Below are positions 51,992 through 64,000 of a DNA stretch of 64,000 nucleotides, in pieces. Source of the stretch: the human T2T-CHM13v2.0 reference genome, Homo sapiens; the NCBI RefSeq assembly GCF_009914755.1, contig NC_060932.1; one strand, 5' to 3'. A model generated the notes under the pieces. It was not told where the DNA came from and searched no databases. It was given only the letters and a program-made list of their open reading frames with translations. Position 1 is the first letter of the stretch. Each line of letters begins with the position of its first letter. The position numbers were made by a program, and so were the translations under genes.

Positions 51992-53239
51992 CAATATATG
52001 ATTGAGAAGTGCTAAATGTATACATTTTGAGAACTGAGAGAATTTGCAGTAAAGAAATGATACTTAAATTACAGTGGAACGTAGAAGGAATTCCCCATAC
52101 TTTTCGAAAAGGGCAAAAGGGAATAATAATATTAAGGGAAGAAACAGTAAAAGATACTTTATGTGAGTTGAAATTTTAACTCAGAATATTTGGCATGAAG
52201 TTATTTTGCTTGTAGATAACATGATATTGTCATCAATTATATGCATATATCGAAACCATGGACCATCAAGGAGGTACTTCTATCAAAAATAACTTCAACA
52301 TGCAAACAGTCAAATATTTGCTTTGGTCTGTCATTTATCTGGTCTGTTGGCTCTCTGGCTATGAAAACGTGTCTGTCTAGTTGGTTTTTTGAGGTGTAAT
52401 CTAGCTCCAAAACTTCCAGTTGAGTTTTATTTTCACTGTTCCAACCCACCACCGCTTTATGTAGACGCAGACTTTTTTTTTGTTGTTGTTGTTGGCAAAC
52501 AGTTTGAGAATAACATGGAATAAGCCCTTTGCTATATCTTAGAGAATTTCCAAGCAAAGTTAAAATTATCTAATATAGTTAAATGGGAAGCATGATTAAA
52601 CTTTGAGCAATCTTTTCTTTATAAAAAGACTAGATACAACAGCTCCAAGAAATATCTGTAATATTTCAAAAGAAAAACCTGAACTCTACAGCCGACTCTA
52701 CGTACACACACTCAGAGAAATGAGCAGAATGAAGAACTAAGCAATTTGTGCTTAGTGCATAATTTATTTGATTAGTGTAATGAGCTGGTATGTAAAATTT
52801 AGAATAAAATTTTTGTGTTACAATAAGAAAACATAGAAAACAACTTCAGACCTTGAGGCTGGGGATAAGGCTGGCAGCTAAGATTACAAGCTAAGCTATA
52901 AACTTGGTCTCTTATTTGTATTTTGTTCCACTTCTAAATAATTGATAATTCGTGAATTATAATAGTTGTTCCTTTAGCTAGCTTTCTAGGGATATTCATC
53001 TAAATTGTGTACTCCCCCGCCCCGACACCACCATTATCTAGAAAGTACAGTTTCTTCTACTTCTTACTGAATTGTCTTCAGGGAGACTCCATTTCTGGAA
53101 TTTATCTTTTGCCAACTATAGCCAAATATTTCATTACAGAATTGATTTTATTTTTTCCTCCATGGACACATCCCATAGATACTACCCACCCAGCATGACA
53201 TCTGTTAAATTGTTCAATAAATCACTCTCTTACTCAGTT

Positions 53240-53620
53240 GCCTTGCCACCATTCAGGAGAAACCTGGGGTAATTGATCCTGATGCAGTCTCTCTAGAAGA
53301 TCTATTTCACCAATCAACAGGGACTTTTCAACTGTCCCACTGAATTCTCCCAGCAGTTCCCAAATGATACATGGAATCATATGCTTTTCCAAGGGGAAAG
53401 AAATTTTTGAAAGTTTTAACTTCAGAAGAAAGAAATCTGTGACAAGTTGCTGTAGCCTCTTGTGTACTTTTCTCCAGGCTCTCTTGTACCACTTCAGTAT
53501 CACTGATTTCCATGTGACTGCTTTCAGCAAGTTTTCATGATCCTTTGCTTATTGTAAATCAAGCATTGATGATCATCCAAGGCTTTATTAGGCCACGAAC
53601 CGATTTCTATTGGATCTGGC
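53240..53620 (-). mobile_element. Possible ancient non-LTR reverse-transcriptase fossil (RTE/RTE-X L4-like)
   Basis: Ordered motifs across frames: LDDHQC, ESLEKS, LGKAYDSMYH, WELLGEFSGTVEK. Confidence 0.35.
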
Positions 53621-54901
53621 TTTGTGAGCCTAGTCACAGGAGCAAGAACTTCATTTCATGGTTGTCTTAAAAATAATGTTAGGCACATCATCAGTCTTGT
53701 TTTTTTTTTTTTAAGTTTTTTAATTTGAAAGCTAAATTGGTACCATTGACTTAGTGCCTGACCCTTGCATTTTTCAGTAAGTTCTTAAACAGTTGACAGC
53801 CAGATTTAAGATCAGAGGTATATTCTAAATGCTTACAAAGGAGTGGAAGAGAGTTGCCAAACTCTATCTCACGCAACATCTGCTCTAACACGTTGTTGGA
53901 AGACCGGAAATGCAATTGAGATATTAGAACCTCAAAAAAGGCTAATACTTATTATTGAAGAAGCATCAGTATGACAAGGCATTTATTCATCAAGGTTTCT
54001 CGTGTGCTTATTTTCATCTTAATTATGACACAAACCTAAACTTCTTAAGCGTTCTTAAAAAACCACCCCCATCAGCATGCTAAATGAGAGGCAAATCAAA
54101 GCCAGACCCTGGGGTTAAGAAAAGAATGTTCAAAGGCTTGTTAAGAATCTTCAATTGAACCATTAACATTATACTATTCTTTTAAAACAATTGGAGTAAA
54201 ATAAAAATAATGAATCTGAAGCTTGAGCATTACATTTTCCTAACAAGATATAAATTTTTAAAATAAAAGGAAGATTTCTCTTAGATTTGAATGAATCTCA
54301 AATGTAGTATAGTTAATTTCATTTATGAGCTGAACATATCATATTGCTGGACTTTAGATATATTAATCTGAATTGGATAACTTTAACATTAAAATGTTAT
54401 TAGCAGGTATCACTTTTGGGAATTAAGCCTTCTGGACCTTCCCAAACAGAAAACTCATTAAAGTGCATATTAAATTAATAATCTTATTGCGTTATGTAAT
54501 TCCTGCAGCCATAGTTCAATAAATATTTAAGCCATCCTTAGCTTTAAGAGGGTTTTCTTTAATTGTAGTTTGTATATAATTAGAGCCATTTAAATTTTCT
54601 TTAATTTTTTTTGTATATTTTACAAAGTAATAGAATGTACTTTGCCTTGAATGTAGTATATGTTTTGCTTATATGTTTAGGTTTCATATTATCAGTAATG
54701 CAGGAGTTAGAAACATACCTGGAAAATGCTGTAAAATTATGATTTGATCTCCAAAGGGTAGTTCTACATAATGAAGTAGATGCTGGGGCTGCGTTAATTT
54801 CTGGGAAAATGTATGCATAAGAAATACTCTTACTATACCAAGAAATATTCTAGCCTCTGTGTAAAGCTGTCAGGGAAGTCTTTGTGGTACACTTATAATT
54901 C

Positions 54902-54933
54902 GCAAACAAACAGATCTGCAAACAAACAGATCC
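54902..54933. repeat. 16-bp tandem duplication
   Basis: GCAAACAAACAGATCT GCAAACAAACAGATCC. Confidence 0.92.
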
Positions 54934-55360
54934 TTGAACACAGACGCTTTTAGAGCAAACTACAGTCTAGGAAACAAATGTGATGCTAACTTTGTAAGAC
55001 TAAGAATGGTTTTGACAGATGAGCATTTGTGATAGGTTTGATAATAAGGAACTCTAACTTTGAACTCCAGTTAATTGAAATTTTATCTCCCTTATACATA
55101 AGTTCCATTCTTCTCATCAGTAGACTTCTATTAGCAAATTTTAAAAAGTTATCAATTTTTGTGATTGCATTTATTTTATTTTATTTTATTTTTTACTGAT
55201 GCATAATAGATGGACATAGTTTGTGGGTATGTGTGAATAATTTAATACATTTGTATAATTTGTAAAGATAAAAATCAATGTCCTTGCGATATCCATCACC
55301 TTAAATATTTGTCCTGAATGTTTCTTTTATAGGTATTTTAAAATAAAAAAGAGAAGAACA

Positions 55361-55679
55361 TTTTATTTATGTATGTATTTATTTATTTATTTATTTATTT
55401 ATTCTGAGACAGTTTCCCTTCTGTTGCACAGGCTGGGGTACAGTGGCGCAATCTCAGCTCAATGCAACCTCCGACTCCTGGATTCAAGCATTTCTCCTGC
55501 CTCAGCCTCCCGAATAGCTGGGATTACAGGCTTCCACCAGCACGCCCGCCCAACTAATTTTGTATTTTTAGTAGAGGTGGGGTTTCACCATGTTGGTCTT
55601 GAGCCCCTGACCTTGTGATCTGCCCACCTAGGCCTCCCAAAGTGCTGGGATTTACAGATGTGAGCCATTGCGCCCAGCC
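55361..55679 (-). mobile_element. Alu (AluSc/Sg-like) with (TTTA)n tail
   Basis: Antisense dimer; GACCTTGTGATC 2-bp-deletion diagnostic. Confidence 0.95.
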
Positions 55680-55683
55680 AATA

Positions 55684-56133
55684 TTTTTTATTTTTAAATT
55701 TAATTTAATTTTACATTCTGGGATACATGTGCAGAAGGTGCAGGTTTGTTACACTGGTAAACATGTGTCATAGTGGTTTGCTGCACCTATCAACCCATCA
55801 CCTAGATATTAAGCCCTGCATGTATTAACTATTTATCCTGATGCTCTCTCCCCCACAACCTCCAATGACAGATCCCAGTGTGTGTTGTTTCCTTCCCTGT
55901 GTCCATGTGTTTTCATTGTTCAGTTCCTACTTATAAGTGAGAACATGTGGTGTTTGGTTTTCTGTTCCTGTGTTAGTTTGCTGAGGATAATGGCTTCCAG
56001 CTCCATCCATGTACTTGCAAAGGACATGATCTTCTTTCCTTTTACGGCTGCATAGTATCCCATGGTATTTATGTACCACATTTTCTTTATCCAGTCTATC
56101 ATTGATGGACATTTGGGTGGATTCCATGTCTTT
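55684..56133 (-). mobile_element. L1PA8-10-like 3' fragment
   Basis: Antisense 3' UTR; ORF 55920-56102 [19 protein letters not shown]...MFSLISRN. Confidence 0.93.
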
Positions 56134-56569
56134 TCTTTTGTTATACATATATATATATATATATATAAAACATCTGAATATATATATTCATATAGATATA
56201 TATTTGAATAAATATATATATGAGATTAATTAACTATGGTCACCTTACTGATCTATGTATGACTACATCTTATTTCTTCTATCAAACCATGCATTTATAC
56301 CCATTAATCAACTTTTCTTTATCACCCCTTCCTCTTACCCTTCCTAGCCTCTGGTAACCACCAATCGACTCTCAATTATTGTGATAGCAGTTGGAATTTC
56401 ATCAATACGTATTTGTGAAAATGGTTTTATCTTTTGTTTTAGAAGTACCTATATAGCCTTGATTTTGCCTCTTGATTCTCAATCTTAAAATGTTTACCAT
56501 CTAGCCTTTTGCAGAAATAGTATGCCCACTTCTGTTTTAGAGCAACATGTGAATGTATACTAAAGGACC

Positions 56570-56770
56570 CCAGTCGGTTAAGAGCAACAACTTTGTATTC
56601 AAAGAAATCTAAATGGAGTTCAGGAACTACCATTTCTGAAATCGACGATCTTGGACAAGTTACTTGCACTCACTAAGCTTTAATTAACTCATCTATAAAG
56701 ATAAGTCATAGGATTACAATGGAGTTAACAATAATGGCACCTATTTCATAGGGTAACTTTAAATATTAAA
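56570..56770 (+). mobile_element. MIR
   Basis: GATCTTGGACAAGTTACTT...CTCATCTATAAA...CACCTATTTCATAGGGT. Confidence 0.7.
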
Positions 56771-58538
56771 TTGCCAGGAGCATAGAAAGATACCAAAAAT
56801 AATTATTTATGGTAGTAAAACAAATATTCAGATGTTTAAGCTGGTTTTATATGGAAAGTCAGCATTTGGCAATCCCGAAGCAAAGTCACAATCACAGAAG
56901 GCAAATCTATTCCAAATACTTCAAGTGAGAGTTTGAGGCATGTGCTCTTCCTTTATCAGAGTTTTGTTTATTTGTTTACTTTTTGTTTGTTTTTCCCTTG
57001 CTAATGATTAAGGGTTAGATTTAACAAGGCATTATGATCAATTACATTCTGTGATAAGTCACATGTTTGATATATGGATACCTACCAAGCAAGAGGCTTT
57101 CTGGAAAGGAGCCCCTCCCGCCCCAAACCTTTGGACCTGATCCAAGGTGTTTTTTTTTTCCAGAAGCTTGATGTCTTCACCTCTACAGACCTAGGAAGTA
57201 CCAGACAAGTTTGCCCACTGAAGTTGTCCCCATGTCCAATTGCCCAATTGGAATGGATCCGAGTCCTTGACTGTATTAACTAACTTTCACATAAAAAGAC
57301 TGAGATCCCCTTTCACCTGTATCTCCTGGACGGCCACCTCAACTTATCTCCTGTTGATCTCTGGTCTACATGAAAAAGGGAAGTAACTCTGCACCATTGC
57401 TTCATAGCCGACTTCTATGAAGCAAGAGGGATGCCAGGCTTTCCTTTAAAAAATGAAACCTGACACCATTAGCAAGTACCTGGTAAGGATTCTTTTCTAA
57501 ACGGCCACAGTACACCTTTGCCCAAGAAAGTCTCCTTAGAGGAGCGGTAGGGAGGAAATCCAGTGGCGATGCCTGGCATGGGAAGTGTCCACCTGAGAAA
57601 TGGAGGCTCCCAGAAATGGGCATCTTTTTTTTCTCTCTCTCTTTCTCAAAAAAGCCACAAGGAAGGTTAAGTGGCCCTCTCTTTTATGCAGTGTGACGTT
57701 ATGTATCCGATAGCCCCAAGGAAGAATTTCAGAGGAGCACGTGCTTGGTCACAGAGTGAAACTTACATAAAACAAGTAATAAAATGGAGTATATTAAGTT
57801 ATCAATGCTTTAACCTGATGATACTTTAGCATCTAGGAACACTGAATCTTAGCAATAGCAGTGAATACCGAAAGTTTCCATTTGCAATAGCATGACTTTT
57901 TGCATATGAAAAATAAAATGAACCAAACAGAATAAATTATCCAGAATATTTCCCATTGGTATTCCGTAACATCACAAGGTATTGTATCTTCTTTAATGTA
58001 AAGAAGATTGAAGATGTGGTTGATATGCTTTATGGTGGCTGTATTTTCCCAAGATGAATAACTTGCTTTTTATGAACATTTCAAAAACAGATGAGAGATC
58101 TATTTGCATACCTCATTAATGATCCCTTTTTTTAAGTAGGAACATGTTTTCAATTTTATATATCCATAAACATCTCTTTTCATTATGTGAATGAAAAATA
58201 ATATGTCATCTGCCAGAATTTATTCTTGGCTACCAGTGTTTGAAAAATCTAAATTATGCTAAAGATTTCAACATTTGAAATGAATGAATTACAATAGTGA
58301 TATTACTCATAATGTGTTGATAGCATATTAGGCTCTTACTTTCTTGCTTTGGTTCTTCTATTTTCATTTCACTTGGCCACCATCCCCTTTCTGTTTTGCT
58401 GTTATTTATGCTTTCTAATCTGAAAATGACAGAAATATGATGCTAAGGAAGAATGTTTAATTTTTAGACATTTGATAAAACAGTATTTTCTTTAAAAAAT
58501 GTATTTGTTATTACAGACAAAGATTTCTCTTAGAGGTG

Positions 58539-58948
<410 letters not shown>

Positions 58949-59134
58949 TGAGAAAAAACAAATAAACTATTTTTTATGTCTAAGGCACATTCTTCAGCCC
59001 ACCCACTGCTCCTCAGAATGATAGAACACTAACTACGAATGTTAGTAAACTTAGGTAAAATGTAATTATTTGTGTTCAAAATAACCCTAATATAAATTTC
59101 CTGGAGGGAATTGCATGCATGACTTCACTTTTCT

Positions 59135-59590
59135 CCATTCATTCTAAAGATATTTATTGAGTGTCTGCTATGCATTAGAAACTGTACAAGGCACATAAGT
59201 TACCAAAATGAATCAACCAGCTCAGTTCTCATAAATTCAAATGAGATAAATTAAATAATTAGAGGAAGAGTCATATATTATAAAAGTATACACATTAGAC
59301 CTTGAGAGGACATAAGAGGACAGTGGATTTTATGATCAAGGAAGGCTTCTCAGAAGAGGTGATATATGAACTGAGCTTCCAACAATAAATAGGAGTTAGC
59401 CGGGAGAAAAGAGGAATGTCGTTCCTTAAGCAGCATATGTGAAAATTTGGATAGCCAGACTGCTTTTAGGACTTTATATACTAAGTAATAAGAGAGAAGC
59501 CTGAAAGCGTAGGTTGGAAACTAGAGAGTTTGTATTCATGTGGAATTAAGAACTTTGAAGAAGTTTAAGAGGGAAATAACTATAGGGAAA
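59135..59590 (-). mobile_element. L2 3' fragment
   Basis: CATTCATTC...ATATTTATTGAGTGTCTGCTATG...CAAGGAAGGCTTCTCAGAAGAGGTGA. Confidence 0.8.
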
Positions 59591-59824
59591 AATGAAATTT
59601 TCATTTTCTTAGATAAGTGCCATGCAGATAAAACCTTTCCCATGTGTAAGCCCAGACGTTGGCTTGTCTTTCACCTTTTTGTGGAAGTTTCTTTTCCCCA
59701 CACACAGTAGTTTTCAATTTTAAGATAAACATATTTGTGAGAACTTTTATTTTTGGCTTATTTACATCCTTAATATTTTATTTTATGAAATCTGGATATG
59801 ATTATAGAATTTAATATGTACAAG

Positions 59825-59960
59825 CTCCTACTTCAGTTCCCTTGTAAAATAAAGATACTTGGGCATAGAGAGTTAAGTGACTTGGTTCTTTGATTGCCTT
59901 TTTAGTGGTTAAACAGCACTAGAAGCCAGAATTTTTCATGTTCTTAGGTAAGTGTTCAGT
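59825..59960 (-). mobile_element. MIR
   Basis: AGAGAGTTAAGTGACTTG antisense core. Confidence 0.6.
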
Positions 59961-60774
59961 GCAATTGAACACAGGGACCTTTTCCTGGACTACTTTTCCA
60001 CTTCCAAGATCACAGTGAATATTCTAATAAGGTATTTAAACAAACAATCACAGTTGTAAACATACAAGTCCAAATTGGAATGATTTTAGGTATTAGTTTG
60101 TTAAACATGCAGTCTGTGCCAAAAAGCACACTAATTGTTCAGCTGCTCAGAAAGAACCTGTCAAATCATTAGAGGTGGTCATCAGTCAGATGATATCTCT
60201 TTTCCAAGTGGCAGCTGTTCCTGTCTGGAGTGTAGAAAATCACCATGAAAGTATGCTGTGGATTAACCATCTCATCTGCCTGTGCTATTAGAAGAAACTT
60301 GGGAATTTTCTTTATAAATCTGTCGTTTTTCTTACAGATTTCTCTCAGTAGCTACACCTTTTTAATCATTATAAATTTCAACAGACATTTTCTATCAAAA
60401 AACATAGTATCATTGAAGGAATGGAAACTGTATCTAATTCTAATACACAAAAATATTTACATCTGTATTTATTTACTAGCAATTCGTGAAGTGGAATATC
60501 AGGCTAATTCTGAAACATTCTGCTGAAAGTTTATCCAAATAGAGAAGGTATTATATTACTTTTGAAGACTCAGAAAAAAATATTATAATGCTAGACCACT
60601 TAGCTTATTAGAGGAGGATAAATCCAAACAATAAATTATATCATCAGTCTTAACTGGAGAAATGTAGTGTCACTGAGGGGAAGGGGAATGAAATTCCTTT
60701 TCATTTATTCATCTTTTCAAAATTTCTCACTCCCACCTAGCCTCATTTTCTTTTCCCTTCCCTCCCTTCCTTTC

Positions 60775-61131
60775 TGATATGGTTTGGCTCTGTGTCCCCA
60801 CCCAAATCTCATCTTGTAGCTCCTATAATTCCCACGTGTGTCGGGGAGGGATCCAGTGGGAGATTATTGAATCATGGGGGCGGGTCTTTCCCATGCAGTT
60901 CCTGTGATAGTGAATGGGTTTCGTGAGATCTAATGGTTTTAAAAAATGGGAGTTTCTCTGCGCAAGCTCTCTCTTTGCTGCTATCCATGTAAGACATGAC
61001 TTCCTTGCCTTCCACCATAGTTATGAGGCTTCTCCAGCCACATGGAACTGGAAGTCTAATTAAACCTGTCTTTTGTAAATTGCCCAGTCTTGGGTATGTC
61101 TTTATCAACAGTGTGAAAACAGACTAATACA
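60775..61131 (+). mobile_element. MaLR solo LTR (THE1C-like)
   Basis: TGATATGGTTTGGCTCTGTGTCC...AGACTAATACA; flanked by CCTTTC on both sides. Confidence 0.94.
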
Positions 61132-61249
61132 CCTTTCCTCTTTTCCCCTCCCCTCTCCTCCCCTGTCTTTTGCTTCTTCCCTTCCCTTGTCTTTTTTTTT
61201 TTTTTTTACATTAGACTTCTTTTGAAAACTGCAATAAGGAATTGCTGTT

Positions 61250-62200
61250 CCATCTAGCCCCAGCTCTCCATTACTGTTTCCTTTCTCTCACTCCCCACCT
61301 CAGGATCCTGAAGTTGATGTGTATCTTTGTCATTCACTTCTCGTGTGATTTTTGTGAGATATGCATATGCCCAAGACAGCATACGTGTGCACTTTTCCAA
61401 AGCAAATTTATTATTGTTTATGTATGTTTTATGTTCATAAATGGTGTGATGCTGTTTTGTTCTGTATTTTCTCTTTAACTCAGCATTATGTGTTTTAGAT
61501 TTATTATTAATGCAGATTTTGTTCATTTATGTTTGTGTATGTGTGTATTTATATATGCATTTATATATTTCTGTATCCAATGACTATCTACTATCTTGTG
61601 CACACATGATAGTTTCTACTTGGGGACAACCTAGCCAGAGCTAGCTCATGAGGCATTTTTATGAGAAATGATAGGTACCCATATTGGGTATATAAAACCC
61701 CATATCAGTGTACATGACTTGATGGACACAGAAAAAAATGAGTTGGGCCCCTCACTTACTCCTTGCCTAAGCCCTCTTTTCCAGGACACACTTTGATGGC
61801 ACCAATACATCCTAGAATTAGAATCACTGGATCCTTGGGGATATATGACTATAACTTTACTTGGTATTAGCAAATTTCTCTCCAGCATGTTTGTATCAGT
61901 TATCAACTTCTCAGTAGAGTTTAACAACTTGCAATTTCCCACATCCTTTCCAAACCTGTGTATTGTTAGATATTTTCTATTTGTTTCTCTATTTGATGGA
62001 TGTGAAGAGGTACATTATAGTTTCCATAATATAATCAGTTCTAAGACATTTATAAAGGTCGGACTTTTTCCATGATGCCCAGACTTTGGCTTGCCTTTCA
62101 CCTTTTTATCAGAGTTTCCCCCCTACACACAGTTTTCAGTTTTAATTTTAAGACATATTTGCAAGAGCTGTTATCTACAACTTATATTTATTATACATCT
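61250..62200 (-). mobile_element. Old L1ME 3' fragments
   Basis: Decayed antisense L1ME 3' UTR/ORF2 end (TTTAACTCAGCATTATGTGTTTTAGATTTAT; TTTCCCACATCCTTTCCAA). Confidence 0.6.
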
Positions 62201-62384
62201 TAAGCTTAATCATGTGATGGCTGGAGAATGTGACAATTCTGGGAATCTGCATAGGAGTGGTAGCTACCTACGAGTTACTGTCCCATGTTAGACACCACAT
62301 TCTACTCTAGTCTCTCAAACTGCATTAGTACATAAGGCTTTAAAATGATATCAATGCCTGTGGTTGTCATTTTTGGTTCAAGAC

Positions 62385-63720
<1,336 letters not shown>

Positions 63721-63733
63721 AGACTGTACCATA

Positions 63734-64000
63734 ATTTTTTTTTTTTTTTTTTGAAACACGGTCTCAATCTGTCATCCAGTCTGGAGTGCAGTGGCGCAAT
63801 CTTAGATCACTGCAACCTCAACCTCCTGGGATGAAGTGATTCTCATGCTTCAGCCTCCCAAGTAGCTGGGACTGCAGGCACACGCCATCAAGCCCCACTG
63901 ATTTTTGTATTTTTAGTAGAGAGGGGTTTTCGCCATGTTGGCCAGGCTGGTCTCGAGCTCCTGACCTCAAGCGATCCGCCTGCCTTGGCTTCCCAAAGTG
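63734..64000 (-). mobile_element. Alu (AluJb/early S), cut by window edge
   Basis: Poly-T then antisense Alu to the end of the window. Confidence 0.95.

Larger units (their letters stand above)
55169..56375 (-). mobile_element. L1MA4/5-like 3' end (55169-~55350 and ~56225-56375), split by an Alu and an L1PA
   Basis: ATATCCATCACCTTAAATATTT and TAACTATGGTCACCTTACTG...CTGGTAACCACCAAT are consecutive L1MA 3' UTR blocks. Confidence 0.8.

Noticed and set aside
57050-57750. Slightly GC-richer patch with GC-box and CACGTG motifs as a promoter
   Set aside because: No CpG island or downstream gene; isolated short motifs are insufficient.

Overview
AT-rich, gene-poor primate genomic DNA. AluY, a young L1PA, LTR13 and THE1/MST elements point to a catarrhine, probably human or great ape. 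Much of the window is interspersed repeat: L1, Alu, MaLR/ERV LTRs, hAT and Tigger DNA transposons, L2 and MIR. I find no intact protein-coding gene. The ORF-track entries are L1/Alu/transposase remnants, the SMC5 retrocopy, or unrecognisable short ORFs. The only host-gene-derived sequence is an intronless internal SMC5 retrocopy fragment (~28612-29348, minus strand) with nonsense codons. I see no convincing new biological system. The most interesting signals are molecular scars: (1) a ~560-bp patchwork inside an Alu tail, between the Alu's target-site duplications (TSDs), built from inverted and direct copies of sequence 1.3-1.5 kb downstream plus a fold-back hairpin; (2) three 5'-inverted (twin-primed) L1s, one with a 26-bp inverted piece from the ORF1 start codon; (3) several fold-back palindromic micro-insertions and a pre-miRNA-like hairpin; (4) highly decayed hAT transposase and RTE-like reverse-transcriptase fossils. 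Repeat subfamily names come from recalled consensus sequences, not a database search. Boundaries of old elements are approximate.
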